Shown in pieces: positions 1 through 9,215 of a stretch of 21,675 nucleotides of DNA. How positions within the stretch are numbered: position 1 is the first letter of the stretch; each line of letters starts with the position of its first letter. The notes below the pieces were generated by a model. The model saw nothing but the letters and a program-made list of their open reading frames with translations. It made no database searches and was not told where the DNA came from. This DNA is from Candidatus Poribacteria bacterium (GTDB lineage Bacteria > Poribacteria > WGA-4E > UBA9662): the NCBI GenBank assembly GCA_046582655.1, contig JAYGDX010000245.1, positions 1 to 21,675 on the forward strand. The letters run 5' to 3'. Both the position numbers and the translations under genes were made by a program.

Positions 1-45
1 CCCGAACGTATCGAAGAAGTTAAGTTGTTTCTGACTAAGAGTCAT
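1..45 (-). CDS. 5' end of a probable phytanoyl-CoA dioxygenase (PhyH) family protein, running off the window
   Basis: Not in the ORF track. ATG at 45 preceded by purine-rich AAAGGGAAAAAACAA; translates MTLSQKQLNFFDTFG, resembling the 'LTxxQxxFFxxFGYL' N-terminus of PhyH-family proteins. Only 15 codons are visible. Confidence 0.6.
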   Translation of the reverse strand, partial: MTLSQKQLNFFDTFG

Positions 46-102
46 TTGTTTTTTCCCTTTCAATAAATAATTATAAGCGTGCCTATTTCCTTTAGTGTCA
101 TT

Positions 103-125
103 ACCGTCTGCCATCGCCGAAAAAG
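103..125. repeat. Repeat A, copy 1 (ACCGTCTGCCATCGCCGAAAAAG)
   Basis: 22/23 identical to 1466-1488, same orientation; both copies are followed by a G-rich tail. Confidence 0.9.
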
Positions 126-217
126 CGGGAGGATCCTCTAGTCCCCCTCACAGATTGAGACGTTGAGCGAACTCTGTACTCTTACGCGAATTCGACTCTC
201 AAAGGACTAGCTATGGC

Positions 218-255
218 ATTCTATCACGATTGCCGTATCGGGGTAAAGCGGTGGG
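218..255. repeat. Repeat B, copy 1 (38 bp); reads as a sigma70-like promoter on the minus strand
   Basis: ATTCTATCACGATTGCCGTATCGGGGTAAAGCGGTGGG is identical to 2880-2917. The minus strand shows TTTACC-N18-TAGAAT with an extended -10 TG. Confidence 0.9.
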
Positions 256-496
256 GTATTGGTAGGAATTGCTCACGCCAATTGGGCGCATAGCACCCAA
301 GGTGGAGGCTCGCTGTGTCAGCCAAACTCTTAGTGGAAGCCTCTATCTCAAGAGCAACAAGATGTTCTACGATATGGCTGAGGCTTGGGCTAGCATAGCC
401 GTAGCTGATTGCGCCAGTATCTAGTTCTCGAATATAGTAGACCATCACAACATCAGGTCGATGTGCAATTTTGCCTGGACCAATTCTATTGGAATA

Positions 497-1270
497 CTAA
501 TAGTCAGCTTTTATGCGACCCCACGTGGTTGCCAATTTTTCAGTAGGTTGTACAGCAAGCGGTAAAACCCCTTCTTCCATATCAGTCCGAATCTCTTTTT
601 CCGTCAAAGCTCGGTTGTAAATAGCAACATCGTCGATAATACCCTCGAAGAACATATCCGGGATTTTCATATCGCGCAAGCGATATCCAATCAGGACAGG
701 TGCATCATTTACGCCAAAATCCCCACTATGACCAGCGTTGCCCATTTTGGCACCATTGACATAGACTTTCGTCGCTTTGCCATCATAAGTTCCTGCGGCA
801 TGAAACCATTTCTTCAACGAAACAGTACCGGCACCGCTATTTACGGTCTTCCATCCGCCTATGTGAAACTCCCAATCTATAGCAAGATCTTTTAGCACAC
901 ACATTTCAAAAGCTGTCCCATAACCTTTGAGTACGATTTCAGGATAATCAACATTGACGCTCAACGGATAAATCCATGCCTCAACCGTAATCTCATCGGG
1001 TGTATCCAGACTATCCGAATCAGGCACTGTAACACCACTATCTTTTCCGTTGAGATAGATGGCTTTACCATACTTGCCATCTATCCATTTGGTATCACCT
1101 TCTAATGTACCATCATTGCCATTTCCACTTTTGTCTTTCGCTACTTTTCCTTTTCCTTCCTCGAAGGGAAGATATAGCTTCAGCGAATCGTCTCCCTGAA
1201 TCGCTTTTCCAACAAAAGGGAGTACTAAGAATATGGTTCCTACCAATAATGTTAGAATCAAAGATTTCAT
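497..1270 (-). CDS. Secreted LamG/concanavalin A-like jellyroll domain protein
   Basis: 257-aa ORF with RBS GGAG and a hydrophobic signal peptide. LamG motifs LYLPFEEG.G...D.SGNGNDG, ITVEAWI, WFHAAGTYDG....YVNG and FEGIIDDVAIYNRAL; C-terminal AVQPTEKLATTWGRIK. Confidence 0.93.
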   Translation of the reverse strand: MKSLILTLLVGTIFLVLPFVGKAIQGDDSLKLYLPFEEGKGKVAKDKSGNGNDGTLEGDTKWIDGKYGKAIYLNGKDSGVTVPDSDSLDTPDEITVEAWIYPLSVNVDYPEIVLKGYGTAFEMCVLKDLAIDWEFHIGGWKTVNSGAGTVSLKKWFHAAGTYDGKATKVYVNGAKMGNAGHSGDFGVNDAPVLIGYRLRDMKIPDMFFEGIIDDVAIYNRALTEKEIRTDMEEGVLPLAVQPTEKLATTWGRIKADY

Positions 1271-1465
1271 CGATCTTTCTCCAATATTTTGGTTTGAGAC
1301 ACCAATCGTCTCCTGTTCAGGTTGGATTCTAACTAAAATTGTTAATCCGGTGGATTATCCCATTGTCTATGTAAACTCCCATAGCTATAAGTGATGTTTA
1401 AGCATGTGTTTTCGCACCTAAGACTATATGAACCACATCAAAGGGATTGCTACAGCCTTGATTTG

Positions 1466-1488
1466 ACCGTTTGCCATCGCCGAAAAAG
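1466..1488. repeat. Repeat A, copy 2 (ACCGTTTGCCATCGCCGAAAAAG)
   Basis: 22/23 identical to 103-125; lies 17 nt beyond the stop codon of the enolase-superfamily gene. Confidence 0.9.
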
Positions 1489-1505
1489 TAGGGGGTGCTT
1501 ATAGG

Positions 1506-2756
1506 TCATTCTACCCGCCGCATAGTACTACCATCCTGAACAGCATTGTAAAGTTTCCTAAATGCTTCGCTGCCGTCGTCGGAAACCACATCAAGGGTGG
1601 AACCTGCTTCACAGGTAGGCATAGCGTCTTCAGGATAGACGGAGTGGAGTTCCTGCTTGCCGCAACCGTAGTATGTGATCTCACCGTTAGCACGAGAATA
1701 CCGATAAACATGGCGAGGTGGATCAACGAAGGCGTAATCCACTCTGTATTTCTCCATCGCTGCTTGATCGACGTCCACGCCGATGCCTGGCGTCTCTGGC
1801 ACGCGGTAGAAACCTCCGCGGAGTTCAATTGGCTCTGTGATAAGCTGACTCTTCCAGATATTCATGCAGGTGATAGCGGGCCACTTGGCTTGCGTGCACA
1901 CAGCCCCCAGATGCGCAGCCCATGTTGTGGTAATACCGGTACCAACAAGTTGCAGCCAGAAAGGCTTGTTCGCCTCCTCACAGACAGTCGCTTGTTTCAA
2001 CAAACGATGCGCGCCTGCACAAATCACAAAACCGTCGGTGACGTCCTCGTGTAATGTGGTCAGGATGGGGGGCGAGCCGTAATGCATAGCTATGGGACGA
2101 TTGATCCGCTGGCGGATCTGTTTATTGCCCGCAACGTCGCCTTGTGGGATGGGAGTTTCAATCATCGCTACCTGCTCGTACTGCTCCAGAGTTTTGAGAA
2201 ACTCTACTGCGTTAGCAGCATTGGCAAGCGTTGAATTAAAATCAAGGTCTAGCTTGAACTGCGGTGGTACATCCTCAATAATCGCTTGGATTGCCGCATG
2301 CAAGTCGTACCACGTCCGCGCTTTGAGCTTGGAGGACATGTAGCCCTGAACAACTGCATCCTTGCACTGCTGCACCCAATCTGCCGGAGGCATATCCATC
2401 CCCCACCAGGAAAGTGGACACCAATCCCGAATCTTAGTTCCTAATAGACGGTAGGCGGGAGTATTTAAAGTTTTGCCGATTGCGTCGAAGAGAGCAATCT
2501 GCACGCCCGCGCCCAAACCATCTTCCCAGAGAAGATCACCTGCTTCCCGTCCTACAACTCGATCTGCGATGTCACCGGGAACTCTTGCCCAGGTGTAGTT
2601 GGGAATGGTCTCCCCCCAACCGGTCACACTGTTGTCGAGCGTGATTTTGCAAATCTGTACGATGCGCCAATGGGGTAGCCAATACTGCATGTGCTCATTG
2701 GTATGTGGAGTGAAGGGAACATCCAAGTAAGTTAATTCAATGTCAGTAATTTTCAC
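1506..2756 (-). CDS. Mandelate racemase/muconate lactonizing enzyme family (enolase superfamily) protein
   Basis: 416-aa ORF with GTG start after AAAGGA. Shows MKITDIE, GWGE, ALFDAIGK....P.Y.LLG, KxK (SKLKAR), metal-ligand positions LDFN and IETP, and PxxPGIGVDVD. Confidence 0.92.
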   Translation of the reverse strand: MKITDIELTYLDVPFTPHTNEHMQYWLPHWRIVQICKITLDNSVTGWGETIPNYTWARVPGDIADRVVGREAGDLLWEDGLGAGVQIALFDAIGKTLNTPAYRLLGTKIRDWCPLSWWGMDMPPADWVQQCKDAVVQGYMSSKLKARTWYDLHAAIQAIIEDVPPQFKLDLDFNSTLANAANAVEFLKTLEQYEQVAMIETPIPQGDVAGNKQIRQRINRPIAMHYGSPPILTTLHEDVTDGFVICAGAHRLLKQATVCEEANKPFWLQLVGTGITTTWAAHLGAVCTQAKWPAITCMNIWKSQLITEPIELRGGFYRVPETPGIGVDVDQAAMEKYRVDYAFVDPPRHVYRYSRANGEITYYGCGKQELHSVYPEDAMPTCEAGSTLDVVSDDGSEAFRKLYNAVQDGSTMRRVE

Positions 2757-2879
2757 GGTTACATCCTTTCTAACACGGTGAATAGCTAAGCTAATACAAC
2801 AGCTACTTAGTTATACTGAAAAGGGACAAATTAAGATCATAGTTCAACATGTCATACGCACCCATGCTAAGTATAATTT

Positions 2880-2917
2880 ATTCTATCACGATTGCCGTAT
2901 CGGGGTAAAGCGGTGGG
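2880..2917. repeat. Repeat B, copy 2 (38 bp); candidate promoter for the enolase-superfamily gene
   Basis: Exact copy of 218-255. The -10 box (TAGAAT on the minus strand, 2885-2880) lies about 124 nt upstream of the GTG at 2756. Confidence 0.9.
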
Positions 2918-2970
2918 ATTGCTGTCAGCAATTGGTTCTGGCGAGTTGATCAGTGACTGCCCTGTCTATA

Positions 2971-3380
2971 TCAAGTTACACCCCTCTGGATGGTGGGATG
3001 TACTTCCATGTTTGGCAATAGCTGTATGATATCCCCACAAGAGGTGGACCGCCGTGGGCATACTACCGAGAACGTCGGAATCAAGGTAAAATCAAAATCC
3101 AACTGCCCGTTCTCATTGCCATCACCATTACTGTCCATCTCCGGGTGCTGTCCTCGATGATACTGCATCTTATCCATTCTCCTGACAGTCTGGTTGAAAG
3201 CTTCTCCTACAGGTTTGTTGGATTCTATGTGACTGAAGAAGGTACGTGAGAAGGATGAGCTCCTGGCTATCTTGGACTTCTTATCACCTCTAGCACTAAC
3301 AAATGAAAGTACGGTTCTCACCTGCTAAAGCTGTAGGTGTACCATTACTGCTGATTAAAGTTGCCACTGTATGAATTTCC
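2971..3380 (-). pseudogene. Fragment of a C13/caspase-fold peptidase-like domain
   Basis: Pieces in different frames: SYSGNF, then SSNGTPTALAGENRTFI, then SARGDKKSKIARSSSFSRTFFSHIESNKPVGEAF...QHPEMDSNGDG. This resembles the C-terminal half of C13/caspase-like domains (CYSG.F...SFS..FF....V.EAF...Q.P). No start; frameshifted. Confidence 0.5.
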
Positions 3381-3551
3381 TGTTGCCGTCTTATGGGATT
3401 TGAGCGCGCGCTGAGGAACAAAAATTTCTGGTGTTCCTTGCACTGATCAGTCTCAGTCCTTCGGAACTCCTTTACGAGCGAATACATAAGCTCCTGCAAA
3501 TGCTTCACTAGTTCGATACCCTGCAGTATATGATTAAACAAGCATACTGGC

Positions 3552-4713
3552 ATGGCCCGACCCATTGCCTCCGCTACAGGGAAGCTTTACGGTGCCCGCG
3601 AGAGCCAATCAGCCTGTCTGGCTATCCCAGAGCACTGCCCACCGGGATCGTACCAGGGAACATTGCTAGTTAGAGCTCGGGGCATAGCGGCCCACCATAT
3701 TCCGTTAAGAATTCATGTATGGCCGTTTAATCTTCCGGTTACACCTCACTTGCGTACCGCTTTTGGCATATCCTATCCCGAAGTGTTTAGAGCCCATGAA
3801 TCTCGAAAGGAGAGTCACAAAGCTGGAGTGCTGCAACAGCGTTACTATGAGATACTAGTTGATCATCGCCTCTCGCCTTACAGTACTCCAGCCGTTGTAG
3901 CGAGTACCGAGGGTATAAGGTATCTGCAAGACCCAAGAGTGACCTCTTTCCAGGCGAATCGAGGTGATATCGACTTCTTGGTTGCCCACGGGCTGTTACA
4001 CAAAGCCCTGTTTTATCCGGTGGATGAGCCGAGAAAGGAAGAAGACTATGACCGGTTAATTGAAGCCGGTAAGCAAATCCACCAGAAGGGTCCCGCCGCT
4101 CGGATAGTCACGCCTTTGCGCAGACGCCCTAGCTTCGCTGACCCTGTCGACTTACTGGCTAGAACCACTTGGGTGTGGTGCCCTCACATCAGCACTTATG
4201 ACAGTGACCGTCAGTTACGGAACCGATTCGAAGAGCGGCGAGCTCTGGGGGAAGAGATCTGGGTTTATGTCTCTGTGGCCAGGCGGCGCCTACTGTAATT
4301 TCTTCGTACATCAAAAAGGTATCCACCACCGACTGTTATTCTGGCAACTCCGGCGATACCGCCTGGATGGTCTACTCTATTGGGACACCACCTATTGGAA
4401 GAAAGTATCTGATCCATGGAAGGATATGGCCACCTGGTTTGACGATCGCTCATTTGGCAATGGTTCCCTATTGTATCCGGGAAAGAAGGTAGGTCTAGAT
4501 AAACCGGTCAGTTCGCAACGGCTAGAGTGTATCTTGGCGGGGATGCAGGATATTGAGTACTTCGAACTGCTTAAGCGAACCGCAGGCGAGGAAGCGGTAC
4601 AGCAGATCATTGCAGAAATGGTGACTGACTTCACTGATTACTCCGAGGATGATAGCAAGTTAGAGGAGTTGCGTCGCCAGATAGGCGAATGCCTGACCAC
4701 CCACGCCCAATAG
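3552..4713 (+). pseudogene. DUF4091 / GH123-like glycoside hydrolase, 5'-truncated and frameshifted near 4272
   Basis: ORF 3552-4298 (PPGSYQGTL, VWPFNLP, YPVDEP, EEIWVYV) continues in another frame in ORF 4198-4713 (RLLFWQ, GLLYW, GNGSLLYPG, SQRLE.I..G.QD.EY), which are DUF4091-type motifs. Confidence 0.8.
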
Positions 4714-4909
4714 CTGATCTCACATACATGTTTAATTTTCTTCTAAAGGGGAATCAGATACCTAACTTAATGATAACAGCAAAAGTCAAGGACTTTGTTT
4801 TTGGGATCAAGCATTCAAGGGAAATACAGAACAGAAGCCCGTACCCAAATCTGTGATGAATCATGGACAAAAGTCTATCAAAACCTAGAAGATAGATGAC
4901 TGGTAATTA

Positions 4910-5756
4910 GGGGTTGTTGCGGTTTCAGTCCAAATACTTGAAAAAAGGGAACCAACCAGATTATTGTTCTTGCCAAAATAATCTTCTACGAGGTTGTTAT
5001 GCCGCCATTAATGCTTACGGATCAGCACTGATTGAAGCTTAAACCTATCATGCTAGATTCTGGAATCTATGACAAGTCTAAGCTTGGTAATGCTACTCAA
5101 GGTATCCTTTATCGTCTCAGGACTGCCCGTCCCTGAAGAGATCTACCCCTCAGTTAAATCCTTGGAATACGATTTACAAAAGGTTCAACGATTGGTCGAG
5201 AAAAGGAAAGTTGCGCACTCTTTTTAAAAGGATTGTTACAGACCTAGACTTGGAGTAAAAGTTTATCCATGGCAGTATTTTCAAGGCTCTCTAACACAGG
5301 AATGGTGCGGCTTTTGCAGAGGAATCGGCTATCGGCAAGTCGGTGACTAGCAGTAAGCATCAAAATCCATATGGTGTTTGATTCCTTCGGTGTACCCATC
5401 GAGTTTGAAATACAGATGGACAGGTTCATGATTGCAAAGTAGTCCTCAGAATTACTGCCAAGATCCCATCCAGTGAGTTTATTATTGCCAGGTATGACAA
5501 CGACCCCTAAGGGAACAAATTTAAGAAAGCAAATTCCACACCTATTATTTCCAGAAAGAGAAACTCAAAAAGGGGAAATCAGGAGTTCGATTGGTATCTC
5601 TATAAGTACAGGCATTTTGTGGAGAACACATTTGCCCGGTTAAAGCATTTCCCTTCTACTGCAACTAGATATGATAAACCAAAGAGGGGTTTTGAAGGGA
5701 TGTTGACCTTAGCCTGTACCTTTCTTTTGTTACCATTATGAAAGGTCAACAGCCTC
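4910..5756 (+). mobile_element. Degenerate IS5-family insertion sequence (IS427-like size, 847 bp)
   Basis: IRL GGGGTTGTTGCGGTTTCA (4910-4927) versus the reverse complement of IRR, GAGGCTGTTGACCTTTCA (5739-5756): 13/18 match. TA on both flanks (4908-4909, 5757-5758); encloses a transposase remnant. Confidence 0.85.
4999..5741 (+). pseudogene. IS5-family transposase pseudogene
   Basis: Not in the ORF track. Reads MPPLMLTDQH*LKLKPIM...GILYRLRTARP*RDLP...WNTIYKRFNDWSRKG and ends YKYRHFVENTFARLKHF...ATRYDK...L*. Multiple stops and frameshifts. Confidence 0.88.
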
Positions 5757-6074
5757 TAAAGATAGTAAGTTATATTTAATTAAATACAAGTGTTGTTTGT
5801 TTTTTCCCTTTTAACGAATGCTGGACTGTTGATGATCAGAGCGATGAAGCCCCAGAGAAGGCTGTTCGCTACGCATAGTGTCCACTCTACTACATTGGGG
5901 CATGTTTCTGCTCATCCATGGGGCCCAAAGGGGCATCCCAGTTTGAAATGCAAATTATCGGGTGCCAACTAAATCGCTAACCAGTTATGGCCTTTGCCTT
6001 CCCGGATTTTTTAGACGTGGCCCCGATGCAGATCCAAAACCGAATAATGAAGCATTCAGCCCCTATCCTCCATA

Positions 6075-6953
6075 TCAGTCATCTATTCCCTCTTTTATAG
6101 CTTCCTGCACTTCTGGTGATAGATTCCTAAATTTGTCACTATCCAACGCAGCTCGGCGTTCTTCATCAGAGGCATTTTCTGCCCAGTCGATCCACTCCTT
6201 TGCTTCTGCTTGAACGCTACCTTTACTGCTACTATTTTTGCCACGTTCCTTGCCTCCTACTTTTCCATCTTTGCCTCGGCTTCGTCGACCCCGAGCGCTT
6301 CTATTTCGGCCACGGCCTCTAGAGCCTTCTTTGGTCTCTTCTCCTCTACCGCCTCTTCCTCGGTTACCTCGCTGCCCCTTACCAGGATTCAGAAACTGAA
6401 GCCCTCCGCCTAATAGCGAAATTGGTTTGCCGCCACTATTCAAGCTGACCTGACTATTCCCGATATTCACCACCTTGGCTCCCTGGATTTGATCACCAAT
6501 ACCAACGTAAAATAGGTTTGGTTGGAACGAGTCTCTTTAATCAGGGCTTTTGAAGAGCCTCCAGACAGAATCTTGGTGGCGATTAATTCATACTTAGGGC
6601 TAGTATCCGGTGGTCACCATCCTAGCCGACGAAACAGATTGTTATCAACAATGACTTTGTAGCATTCCTCTCCACTTTCTACCGAGATACTTCTGAAATT
6701 GTCTTTTCCATTGCCATTCAATCTATTCCCACGCCCCTGTCCTCGTTCGGGTCCTTTTTCTTGTGCGGACTCTGCCGATTTCTTTCCTTTTACTTCTTCT
6801 TTTTGATCGTTTTGTTCTAAATTAACCGTTGCCTTTCGGATTTTCGCATCTGTGGCGTTATCTCTCGGCAGGAATTGCTTGGAAATGGAAAGTGGGAACC
6901 GAGAATAAAACCAAACAAAAGATAAGTCCGATAAGTTTGAATCTAGCTTTCAT
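6075..6953 (-). pseudogene. Disrupted exported hypothetical protein (GspC-like middle segment, Arg/Gly-rich tail)
   Basis: ATG at 6953 with a signal-like MKARFKLIGLIFCLVLFS, an early stop/frameshift near 6860, then YKVIVDNNLFRRLGW*PPDTSPKYELIAT (TGA at 6616-6614), running into ORF 6075-6473. Confidence 0.6.
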
Positions 6954-7271
6954 AATTTCAAAATGTCCCTAATATGATATAAAATGTCTATTATCCTAAT
7001 GGGCGACGATCTATAAAAATGGATTACATCTTTTAGGAACTCATATTATATAGCTATGAAATAAATGGTCTAGTAAGTATGATATGGCTTGCGAGGATTA
7101 GTTTTAGGAAGGCGATTGACTGACAGAAAACAAGTACAATGGTTGATTCTATTACTCAGTCAAGTTATATTTAAGTTAAAAATAAAGTACAGGCAGAGGT
7201 AATCCAAATTCCCTCTGGTATGCTGATAGCGATAGTTCTAGCTATAAATAAAAATAGACAGCAACACATAG

Positions 7272-7318
7272 CTTTTTCTTGACAATAGAACATCCTAGCC
7301 TGAAAACTGTTGGTTAAT
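7272..7318 (+). repeat. Motif P, copy 1, upstream of the Gfo/Idh/MocA gene; contains TTGACA
   Basis: 37/48 identity by hand alignment to the reverse complement of 21352-21399, including an exact CTGTTGGTTAAT. Confidence 0.75.
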
Positions 7319-7440
7319 CCCATATCAAATTGGAAAATACACATTATTAATTAAAGGTGGATGCATTGCCCTTAGTGAGATCGTCTCGTTTTCAAAGTAG
7401 GGTGTAGCATTTACTCAGCCTGTTGGATATTTAACTCAAT

Positions 7441-8595
7441 ATGCAGATAACACAACCCATCCGTGTTGGGGTTGTTGGTCTCGGTCAGCGTGGTCTTCAG
7501 CACTTAAAAGTACTTTGGACACTTCAGCAAGAAGGTGTTGTCCATATCACCGCACTGGTTGACGCCCATGTGGATAACCTGACCGAGGACAAGATCAGTC
7601 GATATGTTGATGGTTTTCGGCTCGGCCTGATCCATACCTCAACGGATTTCTTCCAAACACTGAAATCGATTTCTCTAGACGCTATCTACTTTGCTATCCC
7701 ACCTAGTATTCATAAAGGCGAAATTGTGTCAGCAGCGCAAGCGGGTATCCACATTTTTGCCGAGAAACCCATGAGCTTGTATCTAAACGAAGCGATGGAG
7801 ATGGAACAGGAGATAGCCGTGAACGGTGTGATTGCAACCGTTGGGTTCCAACAGCGTTATGATTCGCGATACGAAGCAACACAACAGTTTCTCAGTGACA
7901 AGAAAATTGTGATGATCTCAGTGATTATGAACAGTACGTTGGAAGCACACTCCGTAAAGCATACGCACACAGAAAAGCAGGGAGGGCCTGCCAACAGAAT
8001 CTGGACATCCAATTACCAGTGGTCTGGATCAACCGTTGTTGAAGCGGGTATCCATCAAACGGATTTGATGCGATATTGGGCGGGTGATATTGCCTGGGTG
8101 GAAGCCAACTACGTTGATCGAGATTCTTCCGATATTGTCGGTGGTGGTGATAACCCCTATGCCTATCAGGTAACCTTCGGATTTGCTAGTGGTACGATTG
8201 GTAACCTGATCCTCTCACGATTACGCAAGGTATTTTACGGCGATAGTTACAACAGCATTCTGTGGACGCATGGACATCTAAAGTTTGAATCTGACGGTGT
8301 TGCCGCCTATTACTACGAGGGTACATACCCGCCGGATCAAACACCCAACCGAGAAAAAATCCGCCATCTATTACCACTTACAGATCAACGAAATGCGACG
8401 GAAGAAATCAGTCGTTCTTTTGTTCATGCTATCGCCACCGGAAACAGAAAGGTGTTGCGAAGTACGTTCAGTAGTGGAATGAACAGTCTAACTGCTGTGT
8501 TGGGTGCAAACCTATCGCACCAACTTAACGGACAACGTATCTACCTTGACCAACTGTTGACAGCTCCTGAATTTGAGTCGTTTCGGCAGAAGTGA
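7441..8595 (+). CDS. Gfo/Idh/MocA family oxidoreductase
   Basis: 384-aa ORF with Rossmann motif IRVGVVGLGQRG, AGIHIFAEKPM, VGFQQRY and SGSTVVEAGIHQTDLMRY. Confidence 0.93.
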   Translation: MQITQPIRVGVVGLGQRGLQHLKVLWTLQQEGVVHITALVDAHVDNLTEDKISRYVDGFRLGLIHTSTDFFQTLKSISLDAIYFAIPPSIHKGEIVSAAQAGIHIFAEKPMSLYLNEAMEMEQEIAVNGVIATVGFQQRYDSRYEATQQFLSDKKIVMISVIMNSTLEAHSVKHTHTEKQGGPANRIWTSNYQWSGSTVVEAGIHQTDLMRYWAGDIAWVEANYVDRDSSDIVGGGDNPYAYQVTFGFASGTIGNLILSRLRKVFYGDSYNSILWTHGHLKFESDGVAAYYYEGTYPPDQTPNREKIRHLLPLTDQRNATEEISRSFVHAIATGNRKVLRSTFSSGMNSLTAVLGANLSHQLNGQRIYLDQLLTAPEFESFRQK

Positions 8596-8609
8596 AAGGA
8601 AGTATGAAG

Positions 8610-9038
8610 TCACTTGACTACGATGCGGAGGCCTGATTTTTTCCACTCCTTGTACTTCTGGAAATCGGAATTGATCATAGTTAAGCAAATACCTACCATA
8701 GCCGCGTCATCCAGAAAACCGATGACAGGAATCACGTCTGGAATCACGTCGAATGGGTTGAGAACGTATAGCAGCGCAACAATAATAGCAGCAATTGACG
8801 ACCAGGGAACTTCTTCATAATTTCCTTTTCGGTAATCTTTTAGCAGGGAGATGAGTAGCCGAATATCCTCAACCAATTTTTTAAATGAATCACCTCCGAG
8901 TCTTTGAAAAATTTCGTTAGTTTTGTCTATTATTTTATCAATATCCTCTTGCTTGACTTTTTGCGATGAGGTAATCAGTCTCTTTTCCATTTCATTTTCG
9001 TCAACTTGGCTGTCATTTTCATCTTTCGCCATTGTCAT
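8610..9038 (-). CDS. YkvA family (DUF1232) membrane protein
   Basis: 142-aa ORF with RBS GAGG and the signature ALLYVLNPFDVIPDVIPVIGFLDD. Confidence 0.93.
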   Translation of the reverse strand: MTMAKDENDSQVDENEMEKRLITSSQKVKQEDIDKIIDKTNEIFQRLGGDSFKKLVEDIRLLISLLKDYRKGNYEEVPWSSIAAIIVALLYVLNPFDVIPDVIPVIGFLDDAAMVGICLTMINSDFQKYKEWKKSGLRIVVK

Positions 9039-9215
9039 GACCTCACATTGTGTGGACGGAATGTCCTATCTTTGATAGACAAATATTGTAATCAATTTAC
9101 AAAGAAATTTAAAGTTATCTGGTTGGTATGAGATTCACACGCAAAAAGGACTGACCTTAATTGTTAGTAAGAATGTACACTTTGATACGTAAGCTCAAAC
9201 CTGAGAGGAATTTCT

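Noticed and set aside
224..448. 74-aa minus-strand ORF
   Set aside because: No recognisable motif or RBS, and its 3' end is simply repeat B; probably spurious or a remnant.
103..2917. A/B repeats as a CRISPR array
   Set aside because: Only two copies each, kb-scale irregular spacing and no cas genes.
45..5811. TTTGTTTTTTCCCTTT at 45-60 and 5796-5811
   Set aside because: Low complexity; the first copy is an RBS region and the second has no start codon after it.
5767..7174. AAGTTATATTTAA direct repeat (5767-5779, 7162-7174), vaguely like the XerD arm of dif
   Set aside because: AT-rich and short, with no XerC arm at the right spacing.
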